NCBI GenBank assembly: GCA_964016885.1
Contig: CAXHJY010000898.1
Coordinates: 248,001 to 312,000, forward strand
Length of the DNA: 64,000 nucleotides
Source: Eledone cirrhosa
Lineage: Eukaryota
Reading direction: 5' to 3'
The notes beneath the pieces are model-generated. The model did not search any database, was not told where the DNA came from, and saw nothing but the letters and a program-made list of their open reading frames with translations. The translations under genes and the position numbers were made by a program. Positions 49,940 through 62,149 of the stretch are shown here, piece by piece; position 1 is the stretch's first letter, and each line of letters starts with the position of its first letter.

Positions 49940-52900
49940 GCTTAGGATAGCTTAGCTTAGGATAGCTTAGGATAGCTTAGCTTAGGATAGCTTAGGATAG
50001 CTTAGGTTAGGATAGCTTAGCTTAGGATAGCTTAGGATAGCTTAGCTTAGGATAGCTTAGGATAGCTTAGCTTAGGATAGCTTAGGATAGCTTAGCTTAG
50101 GATAGCTTAGCTTAGGATAGCTTAGCTTAGGATAGCTTAGGAAAGCTTAGCTTAGCTTAGCTTAGGATAGCTTAGCTTAGCTTAGCTTAGGATAGCTTAG
50201 CTTAGCTTAGCTTAGGATAGCTTAGGATAGCTTAGCTTAGGATAGCTTAGGATAGCTTAGCTTAGGATAGCTTAGCTTAGGATAGCTTAGCTTAGGATAG
50301 CTTAGCTTAGGATAGCTTAGGATAGCTTAGCTTAGGATAGCTTAGGATAGCTTAGCTTAGGATAGCTTAGCTTAGGATAGCTTAGGATAGCTTAGCTTAG
50401 CTTAGCTTAGGATAGCTTAGCTTAGCTTAGCTTAGTATAGCTTAGCTTAGCTTAGCTTAGCTTAGGATAGCTTAGCTTAGCTTAGCTTAGGATAGCTTAG
50501 GATAGCTTAGCTTAGGATAGCTTAGGATAGCTTAGCTTAGGATAGCTTAGGATAGCTTAGCTTAGGATAGCTTAGGATAGCTTAGCTTAGGATAGCTTAG
50601 CTTAGGATAGCTTAGCTTAGCTTAGCTTAGGATAGCTTAGCTTAGGATAGCTTAGGATAGCTTAGCTTAGGATAGCTTAGCTTAGGATAGCTTAGGATAG
50701 CTTAGCTTAGCTTAGCTTAGGATAGCTTAGCTTAGCTTAGGATAGCTTAGCTTAGCTTAGGATAGCTTAGCTTAGCTTAGCTTAGGATAGCTTAGCTTAG
50801 CTTAGCTTAGGATAGCTTAGCTTAGCTTAGCTTAGGATAGCTTAGCTTAGCTTAGCTTAGGATAGCTTAGCTTAGCTTAGGATAGCTTAGCTTAGGATAG
50901 CTTAGGATAGCTTAGCTTAGGATAGCTTAGCTTAGGATAGCTTAGCTTAGGTTAGCTTAGCTTAGCTTAGCTTAGGATAGCTTAGGATAGCTTAGCTTAG
51001 GATAGCTTAGCTTAGCTTAGCTTAGGATAGCTTAGCTTAGCTTAGCTTAGGATAGCTTAGCTTAGCTTAGGATAGCTTAGCTTAGGATAGCTTAGGATAG
51101 CTTAGCTTAGCTTAGCTTAGGATAGCTTAGCTTAGCTTAGCTTAGGATAGCTTAGCTTAGCTTAGGATAGCTTAGCTTAGCTTAGCTTAGGATAGCTTAG
51201 CTTAGCTTAGCTTAGGATAGCTTAGCTTAGGTTAGCTTAGGATAGCTTAGGATAGCTTAGGATAGCTTAGCTTAGCTTAGCTTAGCTTAGGATAGCTTAG
51301 CTTAGCTTAGCTTAGGATAGCTTAGCTTAGCTTAGCTTAGGATAGCTTAGCTTAGCTTAGGATAGCTTAGCTTAGCTTAGCTTAGGATAGCTTAGCTTAG
51401 CTTAGGATAGCTTAGCTTAGCTTAGCTTAGGATAGCTTAGCTTAGCTTAGCTTAGGATAGATTAGCTTAGCTTAGCTTAGGATAGCTTAGCTTAGCTTAG
51501 CTTAGGATAGCTTAGCTTAGCTTAGCTTAGGATAGATTAGCTTAGCTTAGGATAGCTTAGCTTAGCTTAGCTTAGGAAAGCTTAGCTTAGCTTAGGATAG
51601 CTTAGCTTAGCTTAGCTTAGGAGAGCTTAGCTTAGCTTAGCTTAGGAAAACTTAGCTTAGCTTAGCTTAGCTTAGGATAGCTTAGCTTAGCTTAGCTTAG
51701 GTAGCTTAGCTTAGCTTAGCTTAGGATAGCTTAGCTTAGCTTAGCTTAGCTTAGCTTAGGATAGCTTAGCTTAGCTTAGCTTAGGAGAGCTTAGCTTAGC
51801 TTAGGATAGCTTAGGATAGCTTAGCTTAGGATAGCTTAGGATAGCTTACCTTAGGAGAGCTTAGCTTAGGATAGCTTAGCTTAGGATAGCTTAGGATAGC
51901 TTAGCTTAGGATAGCTTAGCTTAGGATAGCTTAGCTTAGGATAGCTTAGGATAGCTTAGCTTAGCTTAGCTTAGGATAGCTTAGCTTAGCTTAGCTTAGG
52001 ACAGCTTAGCTTAGGTTAGCTTAGCTTAGGATAGCTTAGGATAGCTTAGCTTAGGATAGCTTAGGATAGCTTAGCTTAGGATAGCTTAGGATAGCTTAGC
52101 TTAGGATAGCTTAGCTTAGGATAGCTTAGGATAGCTTAGCTTAGGATAGCTTAGGATAGCTTAGCTTAGGATAGCTTAGGATAGCTTAGCTTAGGATAGC
52201 TTAGGATAGCTTAGGTTAGGATAGCTTAGCTTAGGATAGCTTAGGATAGCTTAGCTTAGGATAGCTTAGGATAGCTTAGCTTAGGATAGCTTAGGATAGC
52301 TTAGCTTAGGATAGCTTAGCTTAGGATAGCTTAGCTTAGGATAGCTTAGGAAAGCTTAGCTTAGCTTAGCTTAGGATAGCTTAGCTTAGCTTAGCTTAGG
52401 ATAGCTTAGCTTAGCTTAGCTTAGGATAGCTTAGGATAGCTTAGCTTAGGATAGCTTAGGATAGCTTAGCTTAGGATAGCTTAGCTTAGGATAGCTTAGC
52501 TTAGGATAGCTTAGCTTAGGATAGCTTAGGATAGCTTAGCTTAGGATAGCTTAGGATAGCTTAGCTTAGGATAGCTTAGCTTAGGATAGCTTAGGATAGC
52601 TTAGCTTAGCTTAGCTTAGGATAGCTTAGCTTAGCTTAGCTTAGTATAGCTTAGCTTAGCTTAGCTTAGCTTAGGATAGCTTAGCTTAGCTTAGCTTAGG
52701 ATAGCTTAGGATAGCTTAGCTTAGGATAGCTTAGGATAGCTTAGCTTAGGATAGCTTAGGATAGCTTAGCTTAGGATAGCTTAGGATAGCTTAGCTTAGG
52801 ATAGCTTAGCTTAGGATAGCTTAGCTTAGCTTAGCTTAGGATAGCTTAGCTTAGGATAGCTTAGGATAGCTTAGCTTAGGATAGCTTAGCTTAGGATAGC

Positions 52901-54400
52901 TTAGGATAGCTTAGCTTAGCTTAGCTTAGGATAGCTTAGCTTAGCTTAGGATAGCTTAGCTTAGCTTAGGATAGCTTAGCTTAGCTTAGCTTAGGATAGC
53001 TTAGCTTAGCTTAGCTTAGGATAGCTTAGCTTAGCTTAGCTTAGGATAGCTTAGCTTAGCTTAGCTTAGGATAGCTTAGCTTAGCTTAGGATAGCTTAGC
53101 TTAGGATAGCTTAGGATAGCTTAGCTTAGGATAGCTTAGCTTAGGATAGCTTAGCTTAGGTTAGCTTAGCTTAGCTTAGCTTAGGATAGCTTAGGATAGC
53201 TTAGCTTAGGATAGCTTAGCTTAGCTTAGCTTAGGATAGCTTAGCTTAGCTTAGCTTAGGATAGCTTAGCTTAGCTTAGGATAGCTTAGCTTAGGATAGC
53301 TTAGGATAGCTTAGCTTAGCTTAGCTTAGGATAGCTTAGCTTAGCTTAGCTTAGGATAGCTTAGCTTAGCTTAGGATAGCTTAGCTTAGCTTAGCTTAGG
53401 ATAGCTTAGCTTAGCTTAGCTTAGGATAGCTTAGCTTAGGTTAGCTTAGGATAGCTTAGGATAGCTTAGGATAGCTTAGCTTAGCTTAGCTTAGCTTAGG
53501 ATAGCTTAGCTTAGCTTAGCTTAGGATAGCTTAGCTTAGCTTAGCTTAGGATAGCTTAGCTTAGCTTAGGATAGCTTAGCTTAGCTTAGCTTAGGATAGC
53601 TTAGCTTAGCTTAGGATAGCTTAGCTTAGCTTAGCTTAGGATAGCTTAGCTTAGCTTAGCTTAGGATAGCTTAGCTTAGCTTAGCTTAGGATAGCTTAGC
53701 TTAGCTTAGCTTAGGATAGCTTAGCTTAGCTTAGCTTAGGATAGATTAGCTTAGCTTAGGATAGCTTAGCTTAGCTTAGCTTAGGAAAGCTTAGCTTAGC
53801 TTAGGATAGCTTAGCTTAGCTTAGCTTAGGAGAGCTTAGCTTAGCTTAGCTTAGGAAAACTTAGCTTAGCTTAGCTTAGCTTAGGATAGCTTAGCTTAGC
53901 TTAGCTTAGGTAGCTTAGCTTAGCTTAGCTTAGGATAGCTTAGCTTAGCTTAGCTTAGCTTAGCTTAGGATAGCTTAGCTTAGCTTAGCTTAGGAGAGCT
54001 TAGCTTAGCTTAGGATAGCTTAGGATAGCTTAGCTTAGGATAGCTTAGGATAGCTTACCTTAGGAGAGCTTAGCTTAGGATAGCTTAGCTTAGGATAGCT
54101 TAGGATAGCTTAGCTTAGGATAGCTTAGCTTAGGATAGCTTAGCTTAGGATAGCTTAGGATAGCTTAGCTTAGCTTAGCTTAGGATAGCTTAGCTTAGCT
54201 TAGCTTAGGACAGCTTAGCTTAGGTTAGCTTAGCTTAGGATAGCTTAGGATAGCTTAGCTTAGGATAGCTTAGGATAGCTTAGCTTAGGATAGCTTAGGA
54301 TAGCTTAGCTTAGGATAGCTTAGCTTAGGATAGCTTAGGATAGCTTAGCTTAGGATAGCTTAGGATAGCTTAGCTTAGGATAGCTTAGGATAGCTTAGCT
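49940..54400 (+). repeat. 2209-bp tandem duplication
   Basis: GTTAG 50006/52215, TATAG 50436/52645, GAAAA 51646/53855, GTAG 51701/53910 and GACAG 52000/54209, all offset 2209. Confidence 0.9.
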
Positions 54401-57400
54401 TAGGATAGCTTAGCTTAGGATAGCTTAGGATAGCTTAGCTTAGCTTAGCTTAGGATAGCTTAGCTTAGCTTAGCTTAGGATAGCTTAGCTTAGCTTAGCT
54501 TAGGATAGCTTAGCTTAGCTTAACTTAGGATAGCTTAGGATAGCTTAGCTTAGGATAGCTTAGGATAGCTTAGCTTAGGATAGCTTAGGATAGCTTAGGA
54601 TAGCTTAGCTTAGCTTAGCTTAGGATAGCTTAGCTTAGCTTAGCTTAGGATAGCTTAGCTTAGCTTAGCTTAGGATAGCTTAGCTTAGCTTAGGATAGCT
54701 TAGCTTAGCTTAGCTTAGGATAGCTTAGCTTAGCTTAGGATAGCTTAGCTTAGCTTAGCTTAGGATAGCTTAGCTTAGCTTAGGATAGCTTAGCTTAGCT
54801 TAGCTTAGGATAGCTTAGCTTAGCTTAGCTTAGGATAGCTTAGCTTAGGATAGCTTAGCTTAGGATAGCTTAGCTTAGGTTAGCTTAGCTTAGCTTAGCT
54901 TAGGATAGCTTAGGATAGCTTAGCTTAGGATAGCTTAGCTTAGCTTAGCTTAGGATAGCTTAGCTTAGCTTAGCTTAGGATAGCTTAGCTTAGCTTAGCT
55001 TAGGATAGCTTAGCTTAGGATAGCTTAGGATAGCTTAGCTTAGCTTAGCTTAGGATAGCTTAGCTTAGCTTAGCTTAGGATAGCTTAGCTTAGCTTAGGA
55101 TAGCTTAGCTTAGCTTAGCTTAGGATAGCTTAGCTTAGCTTAGCTTAGGATAGCTTAGCTTAGCTTAGCTTAGGATAGCTTAGGATAGCTTAGGATAGCT
55201 TAGCTTAGCTTAGGATAGCTTAGCTTAGCTTAGCTTAGGATAGCTTAGCTTAGCTTAGCTTAGGATAGCTTAGCTTAGCTTAGGATAGCTTAGCTTAACT
55301 TAGCTTAGGATAGCTTAGCTTAGCTTAGCTTAGGATAGCTTAGCTTAGCTTAGCTTAGGATAGCTTAGCTTAGCTTAGCTTAGGATAGCTTAGCTTAGCT
55401 TAGCTTAGTAGAGCTTAGCTTAGCTTAGCTTAGGATAGCTTAGCTTAGCTTAGCTTAGCTTAGGATAGCTTAGCTTAGCTTAGGATAGATTAGCTTAGCT
55501 TAGGATAGCTTAGCTTAGCTTAGCTTAGGAAACCTTAGCTTAGCTTAGGATAGCTTAGCTTAGCTTAGCTTAGGAGAGCTTAGCTTAGCTTAGCTTAGGA
55601 TAGCTTAGCTTAGCTTAGCTTAGGATAGCTTAGGATAGCTTAGCTTAGGATAGCTTAGGATAGCTTAGCTTAGGATAGCTTAGGATAGCTTAGCTTAGGA
55701 TAGCTTAGCTTAGGATAGCTTAGGATAGCTTAGCTTAGCTTAGCTTAGGATAGCTTAGGATAGCTTAGCTTAGGATAGCTTAGGATAGCTTAGCTTAGGA
55801 TAGATTAGGATAGCTTAGCTTAGGATAGCTTAGGATAGCTTAGCTTAGGATAGCTTAGCTTAGCTTAGCTTAGGATAGCTTAGCTTGGGATAGCTTAGGA
55901 TAGCTTAGCTTAGGATAGCTTAGGATAGCTTAGCTTAGCTTAGCTTAGGATAGCTTAGCTTAGCTTAGCTTAGGATAGCTTAGCTTAGCTTAGGATAGCT
56001 TAGCTTAGCTTAGCTTAGGATAGCTTAGCTTAGCTTAGCTTAGGATAGCTTAGCTTAGCTTAGCTTAGGATAGCTTAGCTTAGCTTAGCTTAGGATAGCT
56101 TAGCTTAGCTTAGCTTAGGATAGCTTAGCTTAGCTTAGCTTAGAATAGCTTAGCTTAGGATAGCTTAGCTTAGGATAGCTTAGCTTAGGATAGCTTAGGA
56201 TAGCTTAGCTTAGGATAGCTTAGGATAGCTTAGCTTAGGATAGCTTAGCTTAGCTTAGCTTAGGATAGCTTAGCTTAGCTTAGGATAGCTTAGCTTAGCT
56301 TAGATTAGGATAGCTTAGCTTAGGATAGCTTAGGAAAGCTTAGCTTAGCTTAGCTTAGGATAGCTTAGCTTAGCTTAGCTTAGGATAGCTTAGCTTAGCT
56401 TAGGATAGTTTAGCTTAGCTTAGCTTAGGATAGCTTAGCTTAGCTTAGCTTAGCTTAGGATAACTTAGCTTAGCTTAGCTTAGGATAGCTTAGCTTAGCT
56501 TAGGATAGCTTAGCTTAGCTTAGCTTAGGATAGCTTAGCTTAGCTTAGCTTAGGATAGCTTAGCTTAGCTTAGCTTAGGATAGCTTAGCTTAGGATAGCT
56601 TAGCTTAGCTTAGCTTAGGATAGCTTAGCTTAGCTTAGCTTAGGATAGCTTAGCTTAGCTTAGCTTAGGATAGCTTAGCTTAGCTTAGCTTAGTATAGCT
56701 TAGCTTAGCTTAGCTTAGGATAGCTTAGCTTAGCTTAGCTTAGGATAGCTTAGCTTAGCTTAGCTTAGGATAGCTTAGCTTAGCTTAGCTTAGGATAGCT
56801 TAGCTTAGCTTAGCTTAGGATAGCTTAGCTTAGCTTGGCTTAGGATAGCTTAGCTTAGCTTGGCTTAGGATAGCTTAGCTTAGCTTAGCTTAGGATAGCT
56901 TAGCTTAGCTTAGCTTAGGATAGCTTAGCTTAGCTTAGCTTAGGATAGCTTAGCTTAGCTTAGCTTAGGATAGCTTAGCTTAGTTTAGGATAGCTTAGCT
57001 TAGCTTAGCTTAGGATAGCTTAGGATAGCTTAGCTTAGGATAGCTTAGGATAGCTTAGCTTAGGATAGCTTAGGATAGCTTAGGTTAGGATAGCTTAGCT
57101 TAGGATAGCTTAGGATAGCTTAGCTTAGGATAGCTTAGGATAGCTTAGCTTAGGATAGCTTAGGATAGCTTAGCTTAGGATAGCTTAGCTTAGGATAGCT
57201 TAGGAAAGCTTAGCTTAGCTTAGCTTAGGATAGCTTAGCTTAGCTTAGCTTAGGATAGCTTAGCTTAGCTTAGCTTAGGATAGCTTAGGATAGCTTAGCT
57301 TAGGATAGCTTAGGATAGCTTAGCTTAGGATAGCTTAGCTTAGGAGAGCTTAGCTTAGGATAGCTTAGGATAGCTTAGCTTAGGATAGCTTAGGATAGCT

Positions 57401-58589
57401 TAGCTTAGGATAGCTTAGCTTAGGATAGCTTAGGATAGCTTAGCTTAGCTTAGCTTAGGATAGCTTAGCTTAGCTTAGCTTAGGATAGCTTAGCTTAGCT
57501 TAGCTTAGCTTAGGATAGCTTAGCTTAGCTTAGCTTAGGATAGCTTAGGATAGCTTAGCTTAGGATAGCTTAGGATAGCTTAGCTTAGGATAGCTTAGGA
57601 TAGCTTAGCTTAGGATAGCTTAGGATAGCTTAGCTTAGGATAGCTTAGCTTAGGATAGCTTAGCTTAGCTTAGCTTAGGATAGCTTAGCTTAGGATAGCT
57701 TAGGATAGCTTAGCTTAGGATAGCTTAGCTTAGCTTAGCTTAGGATAGCTTAGCTTAGCTTAGCTTAGGATAGCTTAGCTTAGCTTAGCTTAGGATAGCT
57801 TAGCTTAGCTTAGGATAGCTTAGCTTAGCTTAGCTTAGGAAAGCTTAGCTTAGCTTAGCTTAGGAAAGCTTAGCTTAGGATAGCTTAGCTTAGGATAGCT
57901 TAGCTTAGGTTAGCTTAGCTTAGCTTAGCTTAGGATAGCTTAGGATAGCTTAGCTTAGGATAGCTTAGCTTAGCTTAGCTTAGGATAGCTTAGCCTAGCT
58001 TAGCTTAGGATAGCTTAGCTTAGCTTAGCTTAGGATAGCTTAGCTTAGGATAGCTTAGGATAGCTTAGCTTAGCTTAGCTTAGGATAGCTTAGCTTAGCT
58101 TAGGATAGCTTAGCTTAGCTTAGGATAGCTTAGCTTAGCTTAGCTTAGGATAGCTTAGCTTAGCTTAGCTTAGGATAGCTTAGCTTAGGTTAGCTTAGGA
58201 TAGCTTAGGATAGCTTAGGATAGCTTAGCTTAGCTTAGCTTAGGATAGCTTAACTTAGCTTAGGATAGCTTAGCTTAGCTTAGCTTAGGATAGCTTAGCT
58301 TAGCTTAGCTTAGGATAGCTTAGCTTAGCTTAGCTTAGGATAGCTTAGCTTAGCTTAGCTTAGGATAGCTTAGCTTAGCTTAGCTTAGGATAGCTTAGCT
58401 TAGCTTAGCTTAGAATAGCTTAGCTTAGGATAGCTTAGCTTAGGATAGCTTAGGATAGCTTAGCTTAGGATAGCTTAGGATAGCTTAGCTTAGGATAGCT
58501 TAGCTTAGCTTAGCTTAGGATAGCTTAGCTTAGCTTAGGATAGCTTAGCTTAGCTTAGCTTAGGATAGCTTAGCTTAGGATAGCTTAGG

Positions 58590-61500
58590 AAAGCTTAGCT
58601 TAGCTTAGCTTAGCTTAGCTTAGCTTAGCTTAGCTTAGGATAGCTTAGCTTAGCTTAGGATAGTTTAGCTTAGCTTAGCTTAGGATAGCTTAGCTTAGCT
58701 TAGCTTAGGATAGCTTAGCTTAGCTTAGCTTAGGATAGCTTAGCTTAGCTTAGGATAGCTTAGCTTAGCTTAGCTTAGGATAGCTTAGCTTAGCTTAGGA
58801 TAGCTTAGCTTAGCTTAGCTTAGGATAGCTTAGCTTAGCTTAGCTTAGGATAGCTTAGCTTAGGATAGCTTAGCTTAGCTTAGGATAGCTTAGCTTAGCT
58901 TAGCTTAGGATAGCTTAGCTTAGCTTAGCTTAGGATAGCTTAGCTTAGCTTAGCTTAGTATAGCTTAGCTTAGCTTAGCTTAGGATAGCTTAGCTTAGCT
59001 TAGCTTAGGATAGCTTAGCTTAGCTTAGCTTAGGATAGCTTAGCTTAGCTTAGCTTAGGATAGCTTAGCTTAGCTTAGCTTAGGATAGCTTAGCTTAGCT
59101 TGGCTTAGGATAGCTTAGCTTAGCTTGGCTTAGGATAGCTTAGCTTAGCTTAGCTTAGGATAGCTTAGCTTAGCTTAGCTTAGCTTAGCTTAGGATAGCT
59201 TAGCTTAGCTTAGCTTAGGATAGCTTAGCTTAGCTTAGCTTAGCTTAGGATAACTTAGCTTAGCTTAGCTTAGCTTAGCTTAGGATAGCTTAGCTTAGCT
59301 TAGCTTAGGATAGCTTAGCTTAGTTTAGGATAGCTTAGCTTAGCTTAGCTTAGGATAGCTTAGGATAGCTTAGCTTAGGATAGCTTAGGATAGCTTAGCT
59401 TAGGATAGCTTAGGATAGCTTAGGTTAGGATAGCTTAGCTTAGGATAGCTTAGGATAGCTTAGCTTAGGATAGCTTAGGATAGCTTAGCTTAGGATAGCT
59501 TAGGATAGCTTAGCTTAGAATAGCTTAGCTTAGGATAGCTTAGGAAAGCTTAGCTTAGCTTAGCTTAGGATAGCTTAGCTTAGCTTAGCTTAGGATAGCT
59601 TAGCTTAGCTTAGCTTAGGATAGCTTAGGATAGCTTAGCTTAGGATAGCTTAGGATAGCTTAGCTTTGGATAGCTTAGCTTAGGAGAGCTTAGCTTAGGA
59701 TAGCTTAGGATAGCTTAGCTTAGGATAGCTTAGGATAGCTTAGCTTAGGATAGCTTAGCTTAGGATAGCTTAGGATAGCTTAGCTTAGCTTAGCTTAGGA
59801 TAGCTTAGCTTAGCTTAGCTTAGCTTAGGATAGCTTAGCTTAGCTTAGCTTAGCTTAGGATAGCTTAGCTTAGCTTAGCTTAGGATAGCTTAGGATAGCT
59901 TAGCTTAGGATAGCTTAGGATAGCTTAGCTTAGGATAGCTTAGGATAGCTTAGCTTAGGATAGCTTAGGATAGCTTAGCTTAGGATAGCTTAGCTTAGGT
60001 TAGCTTAGCTTAGCTTAGCTTAGGATAGCTTAGCTTAGGATAGCTTAGGATAGCTTAGCTTAGGATAGCTTAGCTAAGGATAGCTTAGGATAGCTTAGCT
60101 TAGCTTAGCTTAGGATAGCTTAGCTTAGCTTAGCTTAGGATAGCTTAGCTTAGCTTAGGATAGCTTAGCTTAGCTTAGCTTAGGATAGCTTAGCTTAGCT
60201 TAGCTTAGGATAGCTTAGCTTAGCTTAGCTTAGGATAGCTTAGCTTAGCTTAGGATAGCTCAGCTTAGCTTAGCTTAGGAAAGCTTAGCTTAGCTTAGCT
60301 TAGGATAGCTTAGCTTAGGATAGCTTAGCTTAGGATAGCTTAGCTTAGGTTAGCTTAGCTTAGCTTAGCTTAGGATAGCTTAGGATAGCTTAGCTTAGGA
60401 TAGCTTAGCTTAGCTTAGCTTAGGATAGCTTAGCTTAGCTTAGCTTAGGATAGCTTAGCTTAGCTTAGCTTAGGATAGCTTAGCTTAGGATAGCTTAGGA
60501 TAGCTTAGCTTAGCTTAGCTTAGGATAGTTTAGCTTAGCTTAGCTTAGGATAGCTTAGCTTAGCTTAGGATAGCTTAGCTTAGCTTAGCTTAGGATAGCT
60601 TAGCTTAGCTTAGCTTAGGATAGCTTAGCTTAGGTTAGCTTAGGATAGCTTAGCTTAGCTTAGCTTAGCTTAGCTTAGCTTAGCTTAGCTTAGCTTAGCT
60701 TAGCTTAGGATAGCTTAGCTTAGCTTAGGATAGTTTAGCTTAGCTTAGCTTAGGATAGCTTAGCTTAGCTTAGCTTAGGATAGCTTAGCTTAGCTTAGCT
60801 TAGGATAGCTTAGCTTAGCTTAGGATAGCTTAGCTTAGCTTAGCTTAGGATAGCTTAGCTTAGCTTAGGATAGCTTAGCTCAGCTTAGCTTAGGATAGCT
60901 TAGCTTAGCTTAGCTTAGGATAGCTTAGCTTAGGATAGCTTAGCTTAGCTTAGGATAGCTTAGCTTAGCTTAGCTTAGGATAGCTTAGCTTAGCTTAGCT
61001 TAGGATAGCTTAGCTTAGCTTAGCTTAGTATAGCTTAGCTTAGCTTAGCTTAGGATAGCTTAGCTTAGCTTAGCTTAGGATAGCTTAGCTTAGCTTAGGA
61101 TAGCTTAGCTTAGCTTAGCTTAGGATAGCTTAGCTTAGCTTAGCTTAGGATAGCTTAGCTTAGCTTGGCTTAGGATAGCTTAGCTTAGCTTGGCTTAGGA
61201 TAGCTTAGCTTAGCTTAGCTTAGGATAGCTTAGCTTAGCTTAGCTTAGCTTAGCTTAGCTTAGGATAGCTTAGCTTAGCTTAGCTTAGCTTAGGATAGCT
61301 TAGCTTAGCTTAGCTTAGCTTAGGATAGCTTAGCTTAGCTTAGCTTAGCTTAGGATAGCTTAGCTTAGCTTAGCTTAGGATAGCTTAGCTTAGTTTAGGA
61401 TAGCTTAGCTTAGCTTAGCTTAGGATAGCTTAGGATAGCTTAGCTTAGGATAGCTTAGGATAGCTTAGCTTAGGATAGCTTAGGATAGCTTAGGTTAGGA

Positions 61501-62130
61501 TAGCTTAGCTTAGGATAGCTTAGGATAGCTTAGCTTAGGATAGCTTAGGATAGCTTAGCTTAGGATAGCTTAGGATAGCTTAGCTTAGAATAGCTTAGCT
61601 TAGGATAGCTTAGGAAAGCTTAGCTTAGCTTAGCTTAGGATAGCTTAGCTTAGCTTAGCTTAGGATAGCTTAGCTTAGCTTAGCTTAGGATAGCTTAGGA
61701 TAGCTTAGCTTAGGATAGCTTAGGATAGCTTAGCTTTGGATAGCTTAGCTTAGGAGAGCTTAGCTTAGGATAGCTTAGGATAGCTTAGCTTAGGATAGCT
61801 TAGGATAGCTTAGCTTAGGATAGCTTAGCTTAGGATAGCTTAGGATAGCTTAGCTTAGCTTAGCTTAGGATAGCTTAGCTTAGCTTAGCTTAGCTTAGGA
61901 TAGCTTAGCTTAGCTTAGCTTAGCTTAGGATAGCTTAGCTTAGCTTAGCTTAGGATAGCTTAGGATAGCTTAGCTTAGGATAGCTTAGGATAGCTTAGCT
62001 TAGGATAGCTTAGGATAGCTTAGCTTAGGATAGCTTAGGATAGCTTAGCTTAGGATAGCTTAGCTTAGGATAGCTTAGCTTAGCTTAGCTTAGGATAGCT
62101 TAGCTTAGGATAGCTTAGGATAGCTTAGCT
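58590..62130 (+). repeat. ~2070-bp-offset duplication (second copy partial)
   Basis: TATAG 58959/61029 and CTTTG 59664/61734 (2070); CTTGG 59099/61164 (2065). Confidence 0.82.
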
Positions 62131-62149
62131 TAGGACAGCTTAGCTTAGG

